DNA of 64,000 bases from Syntrophales bacterium. GTDB taxonomy: Bacteria; Desulfobacterota; Syntrophia; Syntrophales; UBA2210. Shown here piece by piece: positions 52,829 to 60,990 of the stretch (position 1 is the stretch's first letter; each line of letters opens with the position of its first letter). Under the pieces are notes generated by a model that was not told the DNA's origin, did no database searches, and saw nothing but the letters and a program-made list of their open reading frames with translations. Where the stretch lies: contig CAXXNF010000002.1 of assembly GCA_963666365.2 (NCBI GenBank), positions 1,120,001 through 1,184,000 on the forward strand, in the 5' to 3' direction. The position numbers and the translations under genes were made by a program.

Positions 52829-53008
52829 TCAGTGTTTCCCTTTCGGCCCCGGTTTTTGTTTCCGAACTACACGGTCAATAACCTTCTCGACGTAATCAAC
52901 AAATTGACTGCTTCCCAACGGCCTGCCTGTCCTCTCGTGTAAACGTAAGCGCTGCCCATCTTTATCTTGCACATCCAGCTTCAGGAACGAATGCCAGTCA
53001 GGTACAAG
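52829..53008 (-). pseudogene. 3' part of RAYT-like transposase copy 2
   Basis: Encodes LVPDWHSFL...KPGPKGKH*, as in the other copies. Confidence 0.85.
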
Positions 53009-53135
53009 GTAAGCGTACGACCAACTCATATAGCAAAAGAATTTTACATGAAGTACGCTGTACCTAAAACCGGTACAGCCGGTGCTCTTTGATAATATGA
53101 TTACGGGATTCAACCGCCGGAATACGGTGCACTGA

Positions 53136-54746
53136 TTATTGTTTTCCCTGGATGATCAGGCCCCGTTCATCCCTGGGCACAGGCTTCCACTGATCGGGAA
53201 GCAGTTCCCGCAGGCGGTTTACGGGATGGCTCATGATCCGCCGAAGCATGTCGTCAAAGTACTCCCAGGGGTTGACGTCGCAGTTTTTGCAAGATTGAAC
53301 GAGACCCATATAAAGGGCCGCCGCCCGGCCGCCCCGTTCGCTGCCCACGAAGAGCCAGTTTTTTCGACCTACCGCTATGGGCCGAATGGCGTTTTCCGCC
53401 AGGTTGTTGTCGGGTCTTAACCGTCCGTCTTTCAGATAGCGGCAGAGCGCCTCCCGCTGATTCAGGGCGTAGTTGATGGCCGTCCGCAACGGCTCCGAGG
53501 GCGTCGTCCGGGGCCTCAGTTCCTCAATCTTTGCAAAGATTCCCTCAAGCAGCGGCGTTGCATGCGCCTGCCGGAAACGGCGCCGCTCCTCGGGCGTCAT
53601 CTCGGCACAGGGGGTCTCCACCTCGTGATAGAGCCGGGCGATGCGGGCAAGGATGTCCGTGGCCTCTTGAGGACGCGATGAAACCGCCTCGTCGAACTTC
53701 CGTCTGGTATGGGCCCAGCAACCCACTTCGATAATCTCTTCTTTTTTGAAAAGTTCGTCGTAGCCGCCGTAGGCGTCGGCATGGACGTACCCCTGGTAAT
53801 CATTGAGATACTCCAGTGGGCGCGTCTTGCTCCGATCAATGGAGAAGTCATAGGCCGTCAGCGGCGGTCCCGGACCGCCCCGCAGATAGACCCAGAGACG
53901 GGCCTTCTTTACCTTGCCGTTTCCCTTGACCTGCAGAGGAACGGGCGTATCGTCGGTAAAGAGCACGTCCCTCTCAAGGACGGCCTTTTGAAGCACTGTT
54001 TCCAAGGGACGAATGCTCTCATAGACCTGCATGAGCCAGCTGGTTTGGGTGGCCCGGGGAATGTCCACTCCTTCCCGCTCCAGAATGCTGTTCTGTCGGT
54101 AGAGAGGCAGATGATCGGCGTACTTGCTGACGATCAGATGAGAAAGCAGCCCCACGTCGGCTTTGCACTTGGCGATGGGGTGATCGGGCAGCGAGGCGGC
54201 GATGACGCCGGCGGTAGATTCCGATGCCTCCGGCAGCGCATACTGGGGCCGCTTGTAGACGTTGACGATCAGTCTCCCCGGCCGGTATTCCAGCTTCTCC
54301 GAGACTTCCACGGAAATGACCTTCAGGGGTGCGCCCGTGTCCGCATCGATCTTTTCATCCTCGGGCACGTCCAGCAGAATCTCCACCCGTTCGAGATGCT
54401 CCGGAATGGGAACCCGGCCGTGATGCCGGGAGGCCTTGCGGGGCTTCTTGACAGTCTCTGTGGCAGAAGCGTCTTCGAACTGTGCTTTCACCGCCGCATT
54501 CTGCTCTAATGATTGAAGCACCATGTCGTCGAACATCAGCTGACCGGGGTTGATCTTTTCGGACTTGCGGCCGTAGAGCCGTTTCAGCAGCTGTTCCATC
54601 TGATGCTGCAGGGTGGTCAACTGGCGCTGGGCGGATTCGAGCTTCTGGGTAAGCGCTTCGATCTGGGCATCCTTTTGGGCGGCAAATTCCAGAATCCAGG
54701 CAGCATCTTTTCGGTCGATAATCTCTTGTGCTTCCGTCAATATCAT
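53136..54746 (-). CDS. tnpC: IS66 DDE transposase TnpC
   Basis: LYGRKSEK, KYADHLPLYRQ, DDTP, CWAHTRRKF, DNNLAENAIR, GRKNWLF. Confidence 0.95.
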   Translation of the reverse strand: MILTEAQEIIDRKDAAWILEFAAQKDAQIEALTQKLESAQRQLTTLQHQMEQLLKRLYGRKSEKINPGQLMFDDMVLQSLEQNAAVKAQFEDASATETVKKPRKASRHHGRVPIPEHLERVEILLDVPEDEKIDADTGAPLKVISVEVSEKLEYRPGRLIVNVYKRPQYALPEASESTAGVIAASLPDHPIAKCKADVGLLSHLIVSKYADHLPLYRQNSILEREGVDIPRATQTSWLMQVYESIRPLETVLQKAVLERDVLFTDDTPVPLQVKGNGKVKKARLWVYLRGGPGPPLTAYDFSIDRSKTRPLEYLNDYQGYVHADAYGGYDELFKKEEIIEVGCWAHTRRKFDEAVSSRPQEATDILARIARLYHEVETPCAEMTPEERRRFRQAHATPLLEGIFAKIEELRPRTTPSEPLRTAINYALNQREALCRYLKDGRLRPDNNLAENAIRPIAVGRKNWLFVGSERGGRAAALYMGLVQSCKNCDVNPWEYFDDMLRRIMSHPVNRLRELLPDQWKPVPRDERGLIIQGKQ

Positions 54747-54798
54747 GAGCGGGCGTATAGCACATAACTATAATAATGTCAAGTGTTTATATTATTTT

Positions 54799-55140
54799 TT
54801 ATGCACATATTTTGTACCGTTTTCCCACTTTTTTCGGCACGATTCCCTCAAGGAGCATGGCCAGATCCCGGCGCTCGATATGACCGTCGCGGGACTGCCG
54901 GGAAGGCAGCACGAAGGACCCCTGCTCCAGACGTTTCAGCCAGATGGCCATGCCGTCGCTGTCCCAGTACAGGAGCTTCACCATGTTCCGCCGCCGGTTG
55001 ACGAAGACGAAGAGTGATCCCGAAAGGGGATCGGCGCTAAGTTCGGCGCGGACAATGCCGCACAGGCCGTCGAAGGACTTGCGCATGTCGCAGGGGCTGC
55101 GATAAAGATAGATGCGTGCCGATGCTGTCAGGCCGAACAT
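54799..55140 (-). CDS. tnpB: IS66 accessory protein TnpB
   Basis: DMRKSFDGL, LFVF.NRRR..VKLLYWD..G, KRLEQG.F. Confidence 0.95.
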   Translation of the reverse strand: MFGLTASARIYLYRSPCDMRKSFDGLCGIVRAELSADPLSGSLFVFVNRRRNMVKLLYWDSDGMAIWLKRLEQGSFVLPSRQSRDGHIERRDLAMLLEGIVPKKVGKRYKICA

Positions 55141-55439
55141 GGGGAACCATTATGAAGCGTTTCAATAACGGTGCGCAGGGTAACGGGATCGAAGCCGCGT
55201 TCCACTTCGATGGAAAGAAGCGGCCCCATGCAAATGCGAATGCCGGCATAGTCGGCCGTCGAGGATGCAAGTTCGATAAATCCCTGTTGTCCTTGCGGTT
55301 CAGTGAGTTTCCGGCGCCAGGAGTAGAAACTTGCCGTATTGATCTGATGCATCTGGCACCAGGCCAGACCGCTCATCCCGCTTGCGATCTGCCGCTCTAC
55401 GATGGCCGACCAGTGGGCGGTGCGTTCTTGTTGTGTCAT
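55128..55439 (-). CDS. tnpA: IS66 accessory protein TnpA
   Basis: W..IV..Q.ASG.S..AWC, FYSWRRKL; start set at MTQQER. Confidence 0.88.
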   Translation of the reverse strand: MTQQERTAHWSAIVERQIASGMSGLAWCQMHQINTASFYSWRRKLTEPQGQQGFIELASSTADYAGIRICMGPLLSIEVERGFDPVTLRTVIETLHNGSPCSA

Positions 55440-55529
55440 AGGGCATCCTCCAATCATGAAATGTGTTCATGACGGGAAGCTATAATCCAATGTGCGTTCA
55501 AGCGAAAGATGAGTTGGTCGTACGGTTAC

Positions 55530-56017
55530 GGTACAAGAGCAATTAACGGTTCAACTTTGATTAAATTGTCATCCTCTCCCCGTATGTGAGCACGAGCACT
55601 GCTCCACTTGTAATCCTCAGGCCTCGTCACAAGGCCCGCTCGAACGGGGTTCAACTCGATATATCGAGCAGCAGCAAGGAGATGCAGCTCGTCCATTGGG
55701 AAAGAAAAAAAACGCTCCTGCCACAAGTGCCCGCGCCACTCGTGGCTGAAATTTATCATCCGCGTATATTGCCGGTGTGCTTCGCCAATCGCAAAGCGTA
55801 AGCTGTCAGACCGTGAGGGAACCGCAATGAGATGTACATGGTTCGGCATAAGACAGTATGCCCAGATTTCAACACTGTGCTGTGTGCATGACTGCCTCAT
55901 AATGTTGATATACTGCCGATAATCATTGTCAGAAAAAAATGTCTGCAGTCGCCGATTTCCCCGCTGAGTGATGTGATGGGGAACATCAGGAACAACAACC
56001 CGAGCCATCCGTCCCAC
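55530..56017 (-). pseudogene. 5' part of RAYT-like transposase copy 2 (truncated by IS66)
   Basis: MGRMARVVVP...HVH...YIELNP...PLIALVP, then a stop supplied by the IS66 end. Confidence 0.85.
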
Positions 56018-56137
56018 TAATTCAGTGCGTCTCCTTTCAACTTCTGACTGTCAATAATTATGTATACTGTCCCCGAAATTTGATGGCGCCGAATAATTAT
56101 GTATACTGTCCCCGAAATTTCTGTCCCCGGAATTCTA

Positions 56138-56488
56138 TTAAAACCTTTTCTTTCTGTAAAAAAATATAAAAAAAATTCTAATGGGCCAAGCCAAGAAAAC
56201 CGCAATAAAAACGAAAATCGCGCTGATGTTTGGTATGGCTTTAATAAAGAATGAAGCCGCACCGTTAAGAAGAGTCAAGGTGGCCATCAAAAAGCATATA
56301 GCCGCTGCCAACCGATCCCCCATGTTTAAAATTTTTTTTTCTTTGAGATCAGGAAAGAAGAAATGGTCTATATCGAATCTATTTTTTATGATTTTTCCTT
56401 TGTTGTGCCAAATTCCTTCTATAAACATTAAACCGATCATAATCATAATAAAAGCAAGGATGGTGTTAATAGCTATAGGCGATGTCAT
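56138..56488 (-). CDS. putative immunity protein for orphan toxin tip 1 (three TM helices)
   Basis: AT-rich membrane ORF directly after the orphan toxin stop; its stop codon is 3 nt from a repeat end. Confidence 0.7.
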   Translation of the reverse strand: MTSPIAINTILAFIMIMIGLMFIEGIWHNKGKIIKNRFDIDHFFFPDLKEKKILNMGDRLAAAICFLMATLTLLNGAASFFIKAIPNISAIFVFIAVFLAWPIRIFFIFFYRKKRF

Positions 56489-56495
56489 ACCACTC

Positions 56496-58112
56496 TCACT
56501 TTCCACACGGCGATGATGAAGTCCTTATTGGTGTTGTAAAGTTAACTGGTAAACCTAACCCCAAGCCCAAACCAACTGAAACTCCATCGATATATTTTAA
56601 GGGATCATACCATGCTTTATTAGGATCAAACTCATTCCTTAAGGTGATCTGAGCACCACCATATCTGCCTGAACCAATCGCAATCGTTGACCCAGCTTGG
56701 TTACCTGTTCCACTTAAATCTGAGACACCCGCTGAAACACCAATATCTGCCCACACACCAGCCACGGCCTCAGGTTTTGGATCTGTCGCTACTAAATGAC
56801 CTGATGCATCTAAACTTGTTAGCTGTGAACCTACCGTGCCTCCAACTGCAACGGGCCAAGGGCCAGTCGGAGCATGAACACCAGCGTTATAAGAAAACAT
56901 CCATCGCCCCTCCGGATCCACTCCGTTCAACGGATCGTTCATGCAGTATTCGTATAGGTCGGTGTCGCCGCCGGCGAAGAAGATGGGGTCTTTGGCGGTC
57001 CAGCGGCCGGTGTCGGGATCGTAGTCGCGGTGGCCGAATCTGATGAGGCTGGTGTCGCGGTCATGGAGCCCCCCGGCAAAGCCGAAGGGAATCGCAAGTG
57101 TCGGGTTGCTGTCTGTGATGATGGTGCCGAAGCTGTCGTAGATGGTTTCTTTTACTATATTTCCGCTCTCGTCGGCAACTGTTTTGAGCGAGCCGACCTG
57201 ATCATAGGCCAAATAGTAGGACCCGCCGCTTGTGGTCATGGCATAGGGCATTCTGCCGTCAGCATATTCAAAGCGCATGAGCAGGGCGTCGCTTCCATCA
57301 TAGACGGCAAGCAGCCTGGTCAATCCGAGCCAGAGGTATTTTTCGATGATGACGCCATTGACTGCTTTGGCGATCCTTCGCCCCAGCGGATCATGAACGT
57401 AATCGATGGCGGTGCCGTCGGGAAGCGTGACGCCCATAAGTTCTCCCCGGCTGGAGTAGTCGTAGGTGGTGGTGTTTCCCGAACCATCTGTTCTGGTAGT
57501 CAGAAAGCCGTCCACGCTATACTGATAGGAAGTGTCCCCGACCGTCAGAAGGTGATCCTCGTCGGAGTAGGCGTAACTCCTGCCCGCAATCCCCCTCAGA
57601 CTGTTCATCTCATAGACCCTGACGCCGCTGAGATCATACTGGTATTCTTCCACCAAATTCCCGTTTTCATGCACTGTGCACAGCCGACCTGCGCAATCGT
57701 AACCATAATCGTAGGAGTTTGTTTCACCGCCGATGGTTTCCGTTTTTTCGATGATTCTCCCGTTGCTGTCCCGAACGGCGTGCCAGCCGGCTACCGGTTG
57801 GGAGGCAATGCTGCAGGTTTCCTCTTCTAATTCGCCATAGCCGTTATAGCTTCTCTCCACTGACAGATTGCCGTCAGCAACAGATTCGGGAAGACCGTTG
57901 CCGCTATTTCTGGCAATGGAGAATCGTCCCGCACCGGTAAGCAGACGATCCCTGTCATAGGAATATTCTTCCCTGTCGCCGGCATAGGCAACCCCAACAA
58001 GATTGAAGTCGCTATTGTAGGAGAAGCCGAGCGACTGCGCAATCGTACCGCTGTGATGCGCTTCGGTGACCAGTGTTCCGTCGTAGCTGTAGTCGATTGT
58101 CTCCGTGCCGCT
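56496..58112 (-). pseudogene. orphan Rhs core fragment with alternative 135-aa C-terminal tip (cassette 1)
   Basis: About 1.2 kb colinear and nearly identical with 61390-62598 (offset 4486); DPEGR then unique WMFSYN...SSSPCGK; frame is open to the repeat but has no native start. Confidence 0.88.
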
Positions 58113-58117
58113 AGGGG

Positions 58118-58291
58118 AATTCCGGGGACAGTATACTTAATTACTGACAGCCGGTAATTAAAAGACTGGCAGACCGTTGGGAAGCAATCAGTTTACAGAT
58201 AATGTTGAAAAACTGTTTGACCGTATGGTTCGCAGACAGAAGCCTTGGCCGAAAGGAAAAAATCTGAATTAAGTATACTGTCCCCGGAATT
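58118..58291 (+). mobile_element. 174-bp non-autonomous miniature derivative of the HUH element
   Basis: Perfect 25-bp terminal inverted repeats; interior is a diverged element leader fused to the diverged transposase 3' end (TGRPLGSNQFTDNVEKLFDRMVRRQKPWPKGK). Confidence 0.85.
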
Positions 58292-58492
58292 TGAATTATG
58301 TCGCTGGTCCAGTTTTGCCGGACCGGTTCCTCTTGAACAATTGTTGCCTTTGGGCAACAGTTTTTACTTTTGATTTGGTGAATTCCAGGGGCAGTAAATA
58401 AGTATGCTGTCCCCGGAATTAGCATAAATATGATTTGATAACAAGAGATTGAAAGGGGGATAGGAAGAAGTGCGATTTCTGGTGCGGTCACT

Positions 58493-58915
58493 TCATTGCC
58501 TTTTTATGAGCCATTCACCTCCCCGTTTGTACAGAATGAGGGGATTGTCCGATTGGTGTGTATTACCATATACTCTTACCCATCCTTCCGAGGGACATGA
58601 CCCCGCCCAGTATGTACGGATCGTATATTTACATTTTCCTTGACTCCCCTGGCTTTCCGTGGGTTTGACGCATTTGGTGCTTTTTGCCGGGACATACAGG
58701 TCGATGGGATTTCCCCACGTGCAATCGCCTATTCCGGATCCGCTTCCGCAAGGACTTCCACCGGAATCGACGCATATATATACGTGCCACCCTTTGCTCT
58801 CCGTATTTTTGATACAGATACCCGCCGATACGGTAGTAACCGACAGGAGTAAGATGATCAAAGGAATGGCCATATACCCGGTTATTATTCTTAATATTGG
58901 CGCGATCTTCATCAT
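58493..58915 (-). CDS. Cys-rich secreted hypothetical protein
   Basis: SD AAGGAGG, signal peptide ending VSA, 7 Cys in the mature part. Confidence 0.7.
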   Translation of the reverse strand: MMKIAPILRIITGYMAIPLIILLLSVTTVSAGICIKNTESKGWHVYICVDSGGSPCGSGSGIGDCTWGNPIDLYVPAKSTKCVKPTESQGSQGKCKYTIRTYWAGSCPSEGWVRVYGNTHQSDNPLILYKRGGEWLIKRQ

Positions 58916-59020
58916 TGATATCCCTCCTTTATTGGAAAATTAACCTTATTCCATCTTCCCCCTTTCTGTAAGTAATGTCCTTCTGAGAAGGTAATGTCAA
59001 GATAATTTTGACTATTTTGG

Positions 59021-59832
59021 AATTCCGGGGACAGTATACTTATTGGAATTCCGGGGACAGTATACTTAATTCAGTGTTTCCCTTTCGGCCCCGGTTTTTG
59101 TTTCCGAACTACACGGTCAATAACCTTCTCGACGTAATCAACAAATTGACTGCTTCCCAACGGCCTGCCTGTCCTCTCGTGTAAACGTAAGCGCTGCCCA
59201 TCTTTATCTTGCACATCCAGCTTCAGGAACGAATGCCAGTCAGGTACAAGAGCAATTAACGGTTCAACTTTGATTAAATTGTCATCCTCTCCCCGTATGT
59301 GAGCACGAGCACTGCTCCACTTGTAATCCGCAGGCCTCGTCACAAGGCCCGCCCGAACGGGGTTCAACTCGATATATCGAGCAGCAGCAAGGAGATGCAG
59401 CTCGTCCATTGGGAAAGAAAAAAAGCGCTCCTGCCACAAGTGCCCGCGCCACTCGTGGCTGAAATTTATCATCCGCGTATATTGCCGGTGTGCTTCGCCA
59501 ATCGCAAAGCGTAAGCTGTCAGACCGTGAGGGAACCGCAATGAGATGTACATGGTTCGGCATAAGACAGTATGCCCAGATTTCAACACTGTGCTGTGTGC
59601 ATGACTGCCTCATAATGTTGATATACTGCCGATAATCATTGTCAGAAAAAAATGTCTGCAGTCGCCGATTTCCCCGCTGAGTGATGTGATGGGGAACATC
59701 AGGAACAACAACCCGAGCCATCCGTCCCACTAATTCAGCGCGTCTCCTTTCAACTTCTGACTGTCAATAATTATGTATACTGTCCCCGAAATTTGATGGC
59801 GCCGAATAATTATGTATACTGTCCCCGAAATT
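59021..59832 (-). mobile_element. HUH/Y1 transposase element, copy 3
   Basis: Doubled repeats on both sides (59021-42, 59047-71; 59766-94, 59805-32). Confidence 0.82.
59071..59730 (-). CDS. RAYT-like Y1 (HUH) transposase, intact
   Basis: HHITQRGNRR, YCLMPNHVH (HUH), LWQERF, YIELNPVRA (catalytic Tyr), YKWSS. Confidence 0.92.
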   Translation of the reverse strand: MGRMARVVVPDVPHHITQRGNRRLQTFFSDNDYRQYINIMRQSCTQHSVEIWAYCLMPNHVHLIAVPSRSDSLRFAIGEAHRQYTRMINFSHEWRGHLWQERFFSFPMDELHLLAAARYIELNPVRAGLVTRPADYKWSSARAHIRGEDDNLIKVEPLIALVPDWHSFLKLDVQDKDGQRLRLHERTGRPLGSSQFVDYVEKVIDRVVRKQKPGPKGKH

Positions 59833-59837
59833 ACGCC

Positions 59838-60612
59838 CAGTATACTTAATTCAGTGTTTCCCTTTCGGCCCCGGTTTTTGTTTCCGAACTACACGGTCAA
59901 TAACCTTCTCGACGTAATCAACAAATTGACTGCTTCCCAACGGCCTGCCTGTCCTCTCGTGTAAACGTAAGCGCTGCCCATCTTTATCTTGCACATCCAG
60001 CTTCAGGAACGAATGCCAGTCAGGTACAAGAGCAATTAACGGTTCAACTTTGATTAAATTGTCATCCTCTCCCCGTATGTGAGCACGAGCACTGCTCCAC
60101 TTGTAATCCTCAGGCCTCGTCACAAGGCCCGCTCGAACGGGGTTCAACTCGATATATCGAGCAGCAGCAAGGAGATGCAGCTCGTCCATTGGGAAAGAAA
60201 AAAAACTCTCCTGCCACAAGTGCCCGCGCCACTCGTGGCTGAAATTTATCATCCGCGTATATTGCCGGTGTGCTTCGCCAATCGCAAAGCGTAAGCTGTC
60301 AGACCGTGAGGGAACCGCAATGAGATGTACATGGTTCGGCATAAGACAGTATGCCCAGATTTCAACACTGTGCTGTGTGCATGACTGCCTCATAATGTTG
60401 ATATACTGCCGATAATCATTGTCAGAAAAAAATGTCTGCAGTCGCCGATTTCCCCGCTGAGTGATGTGATGGGGAACATCAGGAACAACAACCCGAGCCA
60501 TCCGTCCCACTAATTCAGTGCGTCTCCTTTCAACTTCTGACTGTCAATAATTATGTATACTGTCCCCGAAATTTGATGGCGCCGAATAATTATGTATACT
60601 GTCCCCGAAATT
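59838..60612 (-). mobile_element. HUH/Y1 transposase element, copy 4 (tandem, downstream repeat truncated)
   Basis: 780-bp period relative to copy 3; only CAGTATACTTAATT of the downstream repeat remains. Confidence 0.8.
59851..60510 (-). CDS. RAYT-like Y1 (HUH) transposase, full length with WQERF>WQESF change
   Basis: 219 aa; differs from copy 3 by R>S and A>E. Confidence 0.9.
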   Translation of the reverse strand: MGRMARVVVPDVPHHITQRGNRRLQTFFSDNDYRQYINIMRQSCTQHSVEIWAYCLMPNHVHLIAVPSRSDSLRFAIGEAHRQYTRMINFSHEWRGHLWQESFFSFPMDELHLLAAARYIELNPVRAGLVTRPEDYKWSSARAHIRGEDDNLIKVEPLIALVPDWHSFLKLDVQDKDGQRLRLHERTGRPLGSSQFVDYVEKVIDRVVRKQKPGPKGKH

Positions 60613-60623
60613 ACGCCAGGATG

Positions 60624-60971
60624 TTATTGGAGCCTGTTTGTTGTTTTTATTATCCCCATTTTCATCAAAATATACATAAAAACAAAAAAGGTGGGCACAA
60701 AACTGCAAAGATAATAAGATCCTAATTTTTTCATTAGGCTTATATCTTCGACAAAAAACCATATAATCTTAACTGGAAACCAAATTGCAGCAAATCCAAA
60801 TAAAACAGGAAGAGCAATCCTCCATAATATGTCAAATCCATACAACCAAAAATTTCTTTGTCTTTTTTCAACAACAATATATTTTTTAAATTTATTTACA
60901 TAGACGAGCAAGGCGCTAACTCCTAAAGCCACCAGTATTGCAAAAAGACATACAATGATTTTAGCTGCCAT
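60624..60971 (-). CDS. putative cognate immunity protein of the main Rhs toxin (three TM helices)
   Basis: AT-rich membrane ORF 19 nt downstream of the toxin stop. Confidence 0.7.
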   Translation of the reverse strand: MAAKIIVCLFAILVALGVSALLVYVNKFKKYIVVEKRQRNFWLYGFDILWRIALPVLFGFAAIWFPVKIIWFFVEDISLMKKLGSYYLCSFVPTFFVFMYILMKMGIIKTTNRLQ

Positions 60972-60990
60972 AATTATATCTCACAATCAT

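Larger units (their letters stand above)
53009..55529 (-). mobile_element. complete IS66-family insertion sequence (2521 bp)
   Basis: TIRs GTAAGCGTACGACCAACTCAT / ATGAGTTGGTCGTACGGTTAC (20 of 21 match); 8-bp target duplication GGTACAAG at 53001-08 and 55530-37; tnpA-tnpB-tnpC order. Confidence 0.96.
52805..56120 (-). mobile_element. HUH/Y1 transposase element, copy 2, interrupted by IS66
   Basis: Repeats at 52805-29 and 56053-120; gene halves at 52829-53008 and 55530-56017. Confidence 0.8.
50995..60612. repeat. family of about 19 full, partial or degenerate copies of AATTCCGGGGACAGTATAC(T/A)TAATT marking HUH-transposase element ends
   Basis: Copies at about 51001-20, 51026-50, 51747-71, 51777-96, 52805-29, 56053-81, 56092-120, 56121-34, 58118-42, 58267-91, 58381-96, 58399-420, 59021-42, 59047-71, 59766-94, 59805-32, 59838-51, 60546-74 and 60585-612. 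Confidence 0.92.

Noticed and set aside
52829..53113. 94-aa ORF as a real gene
   Set aside because: Chimeric read-through from the IS66 end into the 3' piece of the split transposase.
56053..56134. 29-nt direct repeats with a short spacer as a CRISPR array
   Set aside because: Only 2-3 units, the 10-nt spacer is identical at three loci, there are no cas genes, and the repeats are transposase ends.
58141..58491. 116-aa ORF (also 56017-56262 and 60544-60762)
   Set aside because: Translations of repeat DNA (IPGTVY/ISGTVY, NFGDSIHNY) and the antisense of the mini-element or overlapping immunity genes.
59763..59768. TTGACA next to each upstream repeat as the transposase -35 box
   Set aside because: No credible -10 hexamer at 16-18 nt spacing, so it cannot be supported without TSS data.
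50995..60612. Classical integron with attC sites
   Set aside because: No tyrosine-recombinase integrase in the window, and the repeats lack RYYYAAC/GTTRRRY ends.
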